A DNA stretch of 63,452 nt, the filler included, from Chrysochromulina tobinii (Eukaryota), in the NCBI GenBank assembly GCA_001275005.1. It is 4 parts of 4 records of this genome, joined end to end, with 100 filler letters (N's around TTAATTAATTAA, not from the genome) between each part and the next. Parts side by side here need not be neighbours in the genome. Positions count along the whole stretch, not along the records: positions 1 to 23,560 come from JWZX01001356.1; 3 more parts are not named here. One strand, written 5' to 3'. Shown here in pieces: positions 9,301 to 21,219 of this stretch (position 1 is the stretch's first letter; each line of letters starts with the position of its first letter). The translations under genes were made by a program, and so were the position numbers. The notes beneath the pieces were generated by a model that was not told the DNA's origin, ran no database searches, and saw nothing but the letters and a program-made list of their open reading frames with translations.

Positions 9301-12300
9301 CGCTCGTCTTTCCCTGCCGGGCGGGGCGCACCCGCACGCAGCCCGCGCTGCAGCGACGTCTTGCCGCTCTCGCCGTGACCGAGCAGGACGAGGCGCGCCG
9401 TGTTGGCCGTGGTCTCGCCGCTCTTGACGAGCTCTTGGAAATAGCGCCGGATGGCGGCGATGCCCTGCTTTGCAAGCGAGAGCGGCGGCCGCTGTAGCGG
9501 ATTGTCCCTCACATCGATGCGCTCGAGGTTCTTGAGGTTGCACACGGAGAGCACGAGGGCGCCTAGCCGGTTCTCGGCGACGTCGAGGTGCTTGAGCGAG
9601 TTGAGCTGCCCGATGGAGACGGGCAGGTAGGTGAGCAGATTGGAGCGCAGGTCGAGGGTCTCGAGGTTCACCAGCAGCCCGAGAGACGCGTGGAGCTCGT
9701 AGATGCGGTTGTTGTGCACCGAGAGCTTCTTGAGAAAGCGTAATTGGCACAGGTCTTCGGGAAGGGTGGCGAGCTTATTGCCCGAGATCGAGAGCGTCTT
9801 GAGTGAGAGCATCTTGCCGACCGAGTTGATCTCCTCGATCTGGTTCTTGTCCATCGAGAGCTTCTCGAGGCCGGCTAGCGCGCCCATGGACTCGCACAAG
9901 AGGTTGAGCTGCTCCTTTTGCTGCGCCAGGTACCGCTTGAGCGAGTCCATGCTCATCGTCTTGAGCTCCTTGTCGCCGAGGACGCGCACGTTGCTCGATA
10001 TGTCCAGGGTCTTGATCGGCGTCGTCTTCAGCTGGTCGACGATCGCCGTCAGACCTTCCGGCCCCATGTCGTTCGTGTTCACGTTGAGATCGGAGAGGGA
10101 TGTGTTGTTTGTGACGAGTGCACCGACGATGACGGAAGAGACAAAGGTGAGGCTCTGTTTCGAAAGGTCAATCGAGCGGCCGGTCTTCGCATTGAGCCCC
10201 TTGAGAAGGTGCACAGGCAGCAGCCCGCCCTCGAGCACGATCATCTGCAGCGATGGGTTCAAGCGCACCGCTTCCGCGAGCGCAAAGACGCCCTTGTAGT
10301 TCTGCTTGACGGAGAGATCCGCGTTCGGGTCGATGGTGCACAGGGGGTTGTTGGACAGGTCGACGGTCGTGATGGTAGTGTTTTTGAGGAAGGCGGTGGC
10401 CAGCGCAGTCGCGGCCAATGTCTCGAGGCCCGTGTTGGACAGATCGACGGCCGTGATCGAGTTGTTGAACTTGAGCACGCCGGCGAGCATGCGGTACGCT
10501 CCCGGCGCGAGCTGCTGACCGCGCAGCTTCAGCTCCGTCGCGTCCGATTCGATCTCGAAGGCGTAGCATTTGAGGGACGAGAGCTGGCATTGGCAGTCGT
10601 CGCTCAGCAGCAGACCACCCATCATCCACAACCCGTCGTCCTCGATCGGGTTGTCGCGCACGTCGAGCGCCGTGAGCGAGTGGTTGAGCTTGATGGCGCG
10701 TGCAATCACGTTGGCCGAGATGGCGTTGTTCGAGATGTCGAGCGACGTGATCGCACACTGCTCAGTGCGCAGCACCTCGACAAAGAGGATCCCGATCGCC
10801 GAGTCAGTCAACTTATTGGACGAGAGCTTCAGCTCCTTGAGGAACAGGCACATGCCCTGCTGCAGCGACTCGAAGAAACGAGTGCCGCCGCGGTCGCCCA
10901 GGCTAATCTTGGACAGGTTGAGCGTGCTGAGCGTCGACGCCTTCGCGCGCTGCAGCTGCTCGAGCACGCCCCCGCCCTCCGACGAGGATCCGGGGTTGAG
11001 CCGAAGCGACTTGACCGTCTGGTTGACGGCGAGCAGCGCGCCCACGACGGCGCATGCCCACCGGTGCAACGCTGCCGGCACTCGGTTGTCCTTCTTGTCG
11101 GTCTCCTCGACGGTGAACCCCACATCCCACAGGTCGATCTGCTCGACGCTCCGATTGCCGTTGAGCTCCTGAACGGGCAGGACGGCCAACGCGACCTCAG
11201 AGCCACGCCCTGGGTGCTCGAGGTGGAGCGACTGGAGCGTCGAGTTGGTTTGGAGCGCTTCGGCGAGCGCCTCCACGTGCTCGGCCACCACGGAGCGGAG
11301 CGTGAGCTTCGTGAGGGACGAGTTTGAGCGGAGAAGTCCGCAGAGCAGTACAAAGGAGCGGAGCGACCGGACGTGCTCGCGATCTCGCAAGTCGTACACG
11401 TGGCTGGTCATGCCCGGGTGAAGCTCATAGATGTCACAGTAGCCCACCTTGCCCTCCTTGTTCGCGAGGAGAGCGCGGCCGAGCTCCTCGCGCTCGGCCT
11501 CGCCGAGGTCGCCGCCGGGCGCCATGGTGATCTCGGTCAGGGTCTTGTTGGCCTTGAGCACGCCGGCGAGCATGACCGCGTCGCACGCCTGCGCGGACTT
11601 CCACGCGAGCGTGCTCGTCTTCTCATAGAGGGCAAAGATGTCGCACTGCAGGAAACAGAGCTGATTGCCGCTCTCGAGCAGCGCGCGCCCTATCATCTCC
11701 TTGGCTCGAGAGTCCAGATGAAACGTGCGCTCCATACGCGACATGGGCTCCGCCTCGACGATGCCAATCGATTCCAAGCGGAGCCCTTTGACGCGTAGGA
11801 GCTCGGAGAGCGCCGGCTCGCGCCCCGGATTGTTGTACGACACGTCGATGCGTCGCATCGCATCACACGTACGGAGCGCCTGGCAGATGATTCGAATCCC
11901 ATCGGGGCCAAGCCCATTGTTGGATACATCCAGCGTCGTGAGCGTCTTGTTCATAGCCAGGCCGCGCCCGAGCGTGCGCAGCAAGTGCTTGAGCCCGCCG
12001 AGCACATTAGATCCCAAATCGAGCGAGGTGAGATTGGGTGCCGTCATCAGCATGCGCGCGATGCCCGCCGCGTCCGTCTCGCGCTTGCCCACGCCGTTGC
12101 CGGCCAGGTTGAGCGTGACGAGCTTCTCATTCTTCTCCATGATGAGCCAGAGCGCCTGCAGCCCCGTCTCTCTCAGCAGCGCATCTTGCTTCGAAAAGTC
12201 CCATGAGGGTCTCCGCTTGGCGAGCAGACTGCCCAGGAAGCCGCCGGCGATGCGGCACGTGTTGTTCATGAACGGGTTGTTCAGGAACTTGGCGGCGGTC

Positions 12301-14045
12301 GCGTCGGTCGCCCAGCCTTCCCAACCATCTTGGGCCTGAATCAGCAGGTGCTGCGCGAAAAGGCCCTCCTGGAAGGAGAGGTGCTTGAACTGGTACTGCG
12401 CGGCGGCCACCTCGGTCTGCACCTCGAGCGTCTTGGTGAGCGGCATCCCGTTGTCCTCCTTGTTCAGGTGGAGCCAGAGGGTGAGACCCTCTGGGTTGGG
12501 TAGGTCAAGCAGCAGCGCCTGCGCCACGTGTGCCGACGAGAACTCGCGCCGCCCATTGATCTGGTTCATCACGGCCACGTTGCGCAGCATTGAGAGGCCG
12601 AACGACTGAGCGCGCTCACCAAGGAGCATCTTGAGGTTCGCATTGACGAGCATCATCACGGTGTCGACGAGCTTCTTGGGCATGAGCAGCTCGATGCGGT
12701 TGAGCTCGGTGCGCTGCACCTCGGGCTTGACCGCCTCGCGCAGATAGTGCGAGCCATGCTTGAAGACCTCGTACACCTCATTGGCCGTCAGCTTGAAGAC
12801 CTGCTTCTCCTTCGACTCGCCTTTCGCTACGCTATTGTTCTCCTCCTTTTTGACCTTCGCGTCCATCCCATCATTGAAGCGCAGCTCCTCAAACTTCGTC
12901 TGTGCCTTGCGCGACGGCTTCTTTTCGCGCTCCTTGACTGGAGCGCTCGTCTCAACACCAACCTTGGTGTCCTTCGCGTCCTTGCCCTTGGCGTCCCCAG
13001 TATCCTTTGCCGCCATCGCGGCGCCACGGTCAAGGTTGAAGAGGCGCATCCACTCGTGCACGAGGTGATCGGTCGAGGTGAGGTCTCCGGACACCTGGCT
13101 GCGCAGCAGCCGCTTTGAGATGGCACTCTCGATGCCGAGCTCGTAGAGCTCGATGCGGTTCGAGGGCAGCTTCGTCAGGTCCTCGCCGCCCGAGGTGAAG
13201 ATGAGCACGAGCAGCGAGAGCAGCACGGGGATGCCGGTCGCGTCCACGAGGAAGACGAGCTTCTCCTCGAGCAGCTTATCGAGCTCAGCCTCGGGATAAT
13301 GGCCGGCGAGCCGCTGCCGGAAGAAGTGGTAGTGGCCGTACGCCTCGTTCTTCGGATCGAGTGCGATCTTCATCACGTCCTCGTAGTGCAACTCGGCCTC
13401 GCCGTACATGAAGAAGTCGCGGAATGAGATTTTGAGCACCGCCACCGCGAGCCGAAAGTGCGTCGGGTCCAGATCCTCGAACTTGTTGCGCAGTTGCACC
13501 ATCGTGATTTCGACGCACTCGCCCTCAACCTCTTCACCCTCTTTGTTCACGTAGAACTTCTTCTTCGCAGGCTTTGCGATAATGTTGCCGTCCGCGTCGA
13601 GCTTCGGAGGACCGCCGTCAAGCAGCCCGTGCTTGATGATCTCTGGCCATTTGGCGCTGTCGTTGTCGTCCACCGGTAGTGGGGCCGAGGTCTGCAAGAG
13701 CTGAACCAGCTGGATGATCTGCGTGCCCGTCTTGCACGGTATGCGCGCACGCACCACGTCTGTCACGCATGCCTCGACAAGCCCGCCGCCCTCCGAAACG
13801 CGTCCACCAAGAGGCTCGTCCATTGCCTTCTCGTGGCAACGCACCGGCTCCTTGAGCTCGCCAAATATGGTATCGTTCACGAGCGCACTCGCTTCTGCTG
13901 GGTCTCGCGCCACCTCCTTGAGCAGGAACTTGAGCACGAAGGCAAAGACGGGCAAGAACTCCTCAGCTAACATGTACAACTCGTCGGTCCGCGCGACGAT
14001 GCGCTGCCAGCATGCGGCCGCTGAGATCCCCTGCTTCGCCTTCTG

Positions 14046-14104
<59 letters not shown>

Positions 14105-17100
14105 TTGCCTCGTCCGAGGTCTTGTCTTGAGCCTTCCAGTGCAGCAAACCGAGGGGACTCGCTTGCACATCCGCCGTGCCCAGCTTTCGGATCAGCCTGG
14201 CCAGGTTGAGCGCCACGCGGTGGCGCAGCTCCATGCCATCGGAGCCGCACATATCCTCCAGGATCTTCGCCTCGAGTTCACTGGCAGGCGCCGAGGCGGG
14301 CGAAATAGAGAGCACTCGGTCGACTCGATCGAGCAGCGAGATGCCGCAGCGCTGCGGTGTGTGGCTCTTCATCTGCCTGTCAAGCTTCTCGAGGTACTTG
14401 GACGTTGGCGTCTCCCCTGTGCCGAGCTCACGCAGCACCGTGCTGTGCGTCGATGGCGAGCGCAGCTGAGCAGCTGGGTCAAAGTAGGTCACAATGTCCT
14501 TGGGGCGTGCGCCCTCCAAAGTAGGGTCGGCCGCGGACGCGCCTTGGCTAGCCCCAGGCTCGGTTGGTGCGGACGCCGGCTTCGACTGCACCGCGCCTGC
14601 CTTACTGTCGAGTATCTCCTTGTCCCGGAGCTCCATCGTACCTTTTCGTTCCCTGGCGGGCTCCCTGGCGCCACTCTCGCCCTTGCGCGGCGAGCGCCGC
14701 GTTGCCTCGGCCGAAGCGGCGATCGCCGCGTCCTTGTTCTCGTCGGCATCCTCGCCAACAGAGTCGACCTTGTGCAGGCTGTCGACGCAGAGTAGGCCCT
14801 CGAGCTCCGTGCGAACAGACTCCTTGATCTTATTGTACGCTTCGTCGAGCCACTTGCGCACCTCCCCGAGCGAGAGCAGGTGGTCGAAGAACTCGGAGCC
14901 TTGCATCTGGATGTTGATCACGCGTCGCTGCTGCTCGTTAGTGAGCTCGTTCAGGTTCATGATGACGAAGCGCGACCGGTACAAGCTGAGTGTGACGCCC
15001 TCGGGACGGCTCGTTACCAACACGCGGTTGCCGCTCGGTACGAGCTCCGAGTGCACGAACTTTTCGACCTGGTCGCGCAAGCCGGCGGCCTCGTCGACGC
15101 CGTCGAGGAGCACCACGAGCGCGCGCATCTGGTACGCCTGCATGAGCATCGCGCACCATGACTCCATCTTCTTGCCGCTGTACACGGACTCGATGTACCG
15201 AGGCAGCAGTTGGAAATCCCCTTCCTTGTCGCGCTGGCCCTCGCGCACTAGGTACACGATGCGCTGCACGAAGACTACGACCGGTACGAGCCGGATGCCA
15301 TCCTTGTGCCCAGTGCCACCGCCAGATCGAAGCCGGTCGGCGAGAGTGTACACCGCCTGCTTCGCCATCCACGTCTTGCCAGTGCCCGGCCCGGCGCGCA
15401 CGAGCACCGGCTGCGCTGAATGCGAACCCATTGATCGGTTTGGCGAGGGGATGAGCAGCAGCGTCACCAAGTCGCGCACGTCGTTGACGCGCCAATTTTC
15501 GGGCACCGCGCCGGCCGCATTGTCCTGCACGTCGGTCGCGGTGGACACGTGCAGCGTCTGGTCCTTGATGCGCAACAGATTACCCGTGATCGCGTCCTCC
15601 ACCATCGCCTCGCGCTCGACAATATCCTCAAGGTAGTTGAGGCGCGCCATCTCGAACGCAGACACGTCTTTGAAGCGCTGCACCGAGTGGTTGAACTCAT
15701 TAAGGGCCGTCGTGATGAGCACCGCCTCTCCCGCTAGAGACGAGACCATCGAACGCACTGTGCCGTCCTCCATCAGCCGATTCTCGAGCACGTTGACTAC
15801 TGTCCGGTTGGAGAGAGTACCCACTTTGTCCGTCGTCTGCGAGAAGCCCGAGCGCACTATGAGCGGCTTTTGTGAGCTCACCACGAGCTGCGTGTTCGCC
15901 GGCATGTTCACCGCGAGGTCACCACGAACCGCCGACGATGAGCCGTCGGAACTGGCTAGCTTGAAGTACTCCAAGACTTTCCCTGGATTGGCCTCGTCCG
16001 GCTTGCACACCGTCACCCAGCCCGTCGTCGTCGAGCCCTGCACCAGCAGCCGGTGGCGCGAACCCTCCTTGATGTCTGTGGGATTCTGCATCCCCTCAAA
16101 CTCCTTTCCCTGGCCGAGGGCCCACTCCTTCACCTCAGCGTCGCAAGCGGCTCCCTCATGCTGATAGAGAAGCCGCGTGCCCGGCGGGTGTCGCGGGTTG
16201 GTCGTGCGCACGACCGTCTGTGGCGTCGGGTCGATGATCGACTCGGAATTGATCCCATCGACCTTGACGACGACAGAGTCGTCCCTCAGCACTCGCTGCA
16301 CCGTCGCGCATCGACCTTCGGTGCCCGCCCGGCTTGCGCATCGACAACCGCGCGCCTTCCGCGCACCCGTACGCGAGCCAGGGGTTCACCTTGAGCAACG
16401 CCAGATGCAACTCGAGCGCGCCCGTTTGCGGATTCTCCACCCTCCAGTCGACGCGCAGCTCGAGCTCGCCGTCGCCCTGCAGCCCGTCGTGCTCGAGCCC
16501 GTGCTCAGCGCCCACCCGCCACTCATTGGCAAACTCGATCCGGTCGAGGAACTCGATGCCCTTCGAGGGTGCGATCTTCAGGCGGCCGATGACCGCAAGC
16601 GATTTGGTCGATCGCAGGTCGAACGCCTCGGCGTCGGGTAGCGTCGAGATGTCGCCCTGGTACAGCTCGTACCCCGAGCGGTAGCAGTTGAACATGAGGA
16701 TCATCGCCGCAGGCTCTGTGACGCATTCGTGCCGGCTCGGCTGACCTTCGGGTCGACCAGCTGGTCGTTTCGTCTCGTCGCGTGCTAGCCTGTTGAGAGA
16801 GCCCTGCCCACCCGCCTGCGCACGCATCCGCTTCATGAGCTCCTCGGCCCTCTTCTTGTCCTCATCAGACTCTTCGGCTGCGCCGGCCGCCTCCTTCTTC
16901 TTCTCCTTCTCCGCCGCCGCCGCCGCCGCCTTCTCCGCATCCTCCCGCTGACGCTTCTCAAACTCGCGGCGCGCCTTGGCCTCAGCGGCCAGCTTGCGCT
17001 CCTTCTCCTCCTCGAGCTTGGCCGCGGCCGCCTTTTCGGCCGCCGCGCGCTGCTCGTACTCCTTCTTGGCCTTCATCTTGGCCTCCGCCTCCTTTCGCTC

Positions 17101-18777
17101 AAGCTCAATTCGCTTGACCTCGAGCTCCATCTTCGCCTTCTTCTGCGCCTCCTCTCGCGCCTTCTTCTCGTCGAGCTCCTTCTTCGCCTTCTCGTCGGCG
17201 AGCTTCCGAGCCTTCTCTTCAAAGGCGCGCTTCTGCTCCATCGCGCGCTCCATCGCCGCCTTCTCCTCCGCCTGCTGCTTGGCCAAGAGCGCCACTGGGT
17301 CCGAGACGCCAGTCCTACTCATCTCGGGCGAGGCGCCGCGGGCGGTCGCACCGCCGCGGGCGGTCGCACCGCCGCGGGCGGTCGCACCACGCGGGCTCAA
17401 CGACATCGCCTGCATCGGCGAGGTGGCGCGCGCGGTCGAAGCGCGATGCGACGGCATCGGGAAACTCTTCGAACGATTCATCTCCGCTGGCGCCGACGCG
17501 CTCGACGGGATCTCTCGCTGTCGAAGGTTTTCGATCATGTCCTTGGTGAGGACGGTGACCCAGCCGACGGCAGGACCCTGCCAGTTTCCCTCGAGCGCAT
17601 ACGCCGCGCGCCACGACCCGTCGGCCGTTCGGCGCACCTCGAGTAGATGGATCGAAGCGCCAGGGGCTAACTCGCGAGCTCGAGCTGAGCTCAAGTCGAA
17701 CTCTGTTCGTGCCTGCAGCGCCTTCTTCGCACTCACCTCCATCGTCGGTCGGCCCGTCGTTTTGAGGTTGATCGCGCCCGTCGCCGTGATCGACGTGATC
17801 CAGCCATACGGGGCCAGCTGATTGTCGAGGGCGACGCACACGCGGCGCGAACCGTCCGAGTTCTCGCGCTCCTCGACGACGGCACAAGTCGCGTTCGGCC
17901 CGAGCTCACCCGCCTTGTCGCTTGTGAGCTCGAAGGCTTTGCGCACGAGAGCAGGCTTCGTCGCGACGATCAGACCGAGGGGGCGCGAGGCGAGTATCAG
18001 GCGCGCGGCCGCCGGTGGCACGTCGTTGTAGTTCATGGTCGACGGCCCTCCGGTGGTCGACTGCGCCGAGGCCGACGCACCCGCACCGTTGCTGCTGCCG
18101 GCCCGACGCCCCACCAGAAGGGCCAGGTTCTCCGTGCCATCCTTGGTGACGGCTGTGACCCATGCCTTGATGGTGCTGGCGCCCTCAGGCGCGTACCCGA
18201 TGCGCCAAGCGCCGTCGGCCGTCGCGCGCGCCTCGAAAGCATGGATGAACGCATTGACCGCCAGCTCGCCTGCCTTGCCAGACGTGAGATCGAAAGCGTC
18301 GCGCGCGGCCAGTGGCTTGGCGGCGATGACCTGGAGGACAGGGTGGCCGAGCTCATGAAGTTGCTTCTTGCCGTCCTTGGTCACGCCGGTGAGCCATCCG
18401 AGGATGATCGCGGAGCCTTCGGGCGTGACAGCCATTCGCACCGCGCCGTCAGCCGTCTGCCGCGACTCGATTGCGTGCACCGCCTTGCCGCTGGGCAGCT
18501 CGCCCGCCTTGGCTGAATTGAGATCAAAATCGACACGCAGCTGCAGCGGCTTCGAGCCGGACACCTCAAAGAGAGGGCTGATTGCACACTGAATAATCGG
18601 GTAAATCGGCCTGCTTTCTGGGACCGAGCTCAGCCGATCGTTGCTGGACTTCCCACCTTCGTCCTTTGGAGAAGGGCGTTTACTGGCCCTGCGCGAGCTC
18701 GATTTGGCTCTCGCTGAGTCGGAAGACTGGGTATCCGCAGCAGCCATCTTGGTCTTGCTGAGCTTTAAAGGTTTCAT
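6318..18777 (-). CDS. Giant NLR/ROCO-like protein: SH3-like repeats, coiled coil, NACHT with RelA/SpoT-like insert, LRRs, ROC-COR, ADP-ribosyltransferase (frameshift near 16320)
   Basis: Walker A AGPGTGKT (~15373-15396), Walker B VLLDGVDE (~15090-15113), VTSRP, DATGIP, FKHLSFQE (~12370-12390), many LxxLxLxxN repeats (~9490-12150), ROC GHGESGKTS (~9355-9381), WDLAGQ and LTHCD, ART motifs LRLYS..INRPL, LWRG, MSMS, EFE (~6480-7010); ORFs 16156-18849 and 6318-16301 overlap. Confidence 0.85.
14047..14103 (+). repeat. (CCG)n trinucleotide tract encoding poly-Gly on the minus strand
   Basis: Uninterrupted CCG run; a similar Gly-rich tract lies at ~8544-8610. Confidence 0.9.
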
Positions 18778-19453
18778 TTTTTCCAAAGCCGTCCACGCCT
18801 GAATCAAGTTTTTTCCAAACAAAGACGTCAGGTTCAGTTCGTTACACACAAGTGTATGTATGTGTGTGAATGTGAATGTGTGTCTGTGTGACTTCTAACA
18901 CAAGTCAGGTACATGCCGGGCATGGTGCGCGCGATGCGGAGGGAATAACGTGCGGACCCAGGTACTGTGGTGTCGTGTCGTGAAATCTTGTGTACTTGAA
19001 TATTTCGCAACGACGCCGCCCGGGGCGACTTACGGGGCGACCGCCGTATCGACACTGTGAAGGTCTGTCTTCTGTCGGTATCCATGAAAGGACCGAGGTA
19101 GGACCGATGCCAGAGGCCAGTAACCTATGAGGCTGACAGAGGTGAGAGACCGGAAAACCGGAATCGGGGGTCGTGGAGAATCTGGCCCGATGGCTTCACA
19201 TGTCCGGGCGCGATTTGCTTATAATTTGTGGCATCCTAAATTGCGAATTGCATATAGTTTGAGATAGGGTCAGTTGAATCATAAAGCTTCGTACGATTCC
19301 GTAGCAATTTACCGGTAGGTTGCAACGGGCCGTAACTCCCCATGCTCATAGCTTGCGACCTGGTGCCTCTGCCGCTCTGCAAAAAGTGAGGCGGCTGCGC
19401 GGCCTAACTGTTCGCGTTGTCTGAACAACTACAAACGCAAGCCCGGGTACGCG

Positions 19454-20695
19454 ATGGTCATGGTCTGCGTTAGATCCCAGCGCGGCTCTCACCTGCCACC
19501 TTCCTTTGGCATATCCGCGCTGACGCTCCTAATTGCGTTTTGTCCACTCATTTTCGCTGGTTTGTCGCCGTGTGCGCCGAGTGTCGAGTGCCGTGCGAAC
19601 ATCCTCGATTGGTCGGTGCGGCATGGGCCTGGCTTCATCTCGCGCAATCTCGGGTTGAAGCGGCTGACGGTCGAGCTCGACGCCATCCTGCCCTGCACCC
19701 AGCCTGCAAACGGAGATGCGGTCCCTGTTGTCCTTGTAGACGTGGGAGCTGGAATCCACGGGCTGCAACCGCAATTCATCAACTCTGCGAAAAGGCTGCA
19801 CGAGGACGATAGCGATTCGTTGTGGCTCCTCGGAAGCTTTGGTAGCCGCGGGCATGTGCACGCCTTCGAGGCCAACGCGATTAAGGCGAATGAGCTCCGA
19901 TTAGCAGCCGCGACGCGCAGCCGCACCGCGAACTTCACTGCGCATTATACGGTGCATACCGTCGGCGTGGGGAGAACTAACGGTCAGACCCATGTCAATG
20001 AGTGTGGCCCTTGGAATATATGGTCCATCGAGGCGAACCGAAGGAGTTCGGTACGTGGGTGCAAACAGGGCGCTGCCATCGCACTGACTACCATGGATGC
20101 GTTTCTTGCGTCGCTTCCCCTCCGCACGGTGCCTCTCTACATCAAGGTGGACGTCGAAGGAGGCGAGTGGGACGTGCTTGCGGGGATGCATTCCACTCTG
20201 CTGAGCAAGCGAGTCGCGCTTATGTCGTTTGAGTACGCCGTATTCTGGCACAAGTCGTTTCATTCCAATAGGGAATTGTCCGCCGCGCAGAGGCAGAATG
20301 CGAGCAACGTGAGCCTGTATCGCTTCCAGAAGACGTTGACTGGATATGGCTATGACACATACCTCATCAATGCCGGAGACGCCACGAGCGGTGTCGTGCT
20401 TGTGCCGGTGCACGGCGACTTCTGGCACAATGACCTTGAGATCTGCTTTAACCGTTCGCACTTCTACCAAAGAAGCCACTGCTGGAATGACGTGCTCGCT
20501 GTGCGGCAAGGCGACACGTGTGTGCGAGAGGCGCTGTTTGGCAACGCACTGCGCCGGACGCACGAGTCGCTAGGGAGGGAAGTGGACGCTATGCGTTTGG
20601 GTGGCGCGACTGGCCACTCAGTGGTAGCATGGATGCCGCCGTTCGCGGCACATTGCAACTGTTTGTGGGGACCCACAGAGCACACGTCCGTGTAG
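19454..20695 (+). CDS. FkbM-family SAM methyltransferase with N-terminal signal/TM segment
   Basis: VLVDVGAG, VHAFEAN, TTMDAFL, YIKVDVEGGEWDVLAGM, SFEY, GYDTY. Confidence 0.85.
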   Translation: MVMVCVRSQRGSHLPPSFGISALTLLIAFCPLIFAGLSPCAPSVECRANILDWSVRHGPGFISRNLGLKRLTVELDAILPCTQPANGDAVPVVLVDVGAGIHGLQPQFINSAKRLHEDDSDSLWLLGSFGSRGHVHAFEANAIKANELRLAAATRSRTANFTAHYTVHTVGVGRTNGQTHVNECGPWNIWSIEANRRSSVRGCKQGAAIALTTMDAFLASLPLRTVPLYIKVDVEGGEWDVLAGMHSTLLSKRVALMSFEYAVFWHKSFHSNRELSAAQRQNASNVSLYRFQKTLTGYGYDTYLINAGDATSGVVLVPVHGDFWHNDLEICFNRSHFYQRSHCWNDVLAVRQGDTCVREALFGNALRRTHESLGREVDAMRLGGATGHSVVAWMPPFAAHCNCLWGPTEHTSV

Positions 20696-21219
20696 GTCGG
20701 TGAGGGAGGAAACACAAGCGCGATGACGCGCGATGGTGGCGTGTTTGTTAAGTGTTTGTTGGGGTGAACCGACCTAACTCGTTAACTCCTAAGTGAATGC
20801 GGCGATCAACACACGATCGGTCGGTGCCCGCGAGCGCGGACCGGACGTTACGAAAAACTTGGAGGCACGCGGGCGCTGGGGGGTGGGGGAGGCGGATCGA
20901 CTCTGATCCGGCCTGATCCGCTACGGTTGGTATCGACAATTCGGCCGTCAATTCGACGTCGGGCAGTGAAAGGCTGAAAGCACTCGGCTGTAGAAGAATC
21001 CTGAGTCCCTGTTCGCACGGGTATAGGGTGGGTTATAGGGTGGGTGTCTGCAGGCACCGGGTGTCCGATAGGTGTCCGGAAAAACCTCAATCAAAACCAC
21101 ACACCGCCCGTCACTGCTGGGCACGTCAGTTCCCAATTACGGGCCATCTTTCAGGCGATCCGAGAAACGCCACGCCGCGGCGCGTTGGCCCTGCCAGTGC
21201 CAAATAAGGGACAGCGCCC

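Noticed and set aside
6562..17821. Many long plus-strand ORFs opposite the giant gene (e.g. 9918-11327, 14494-15636)
   Set aside because: Antisense shadows of GC-rich codon usage with no motifs
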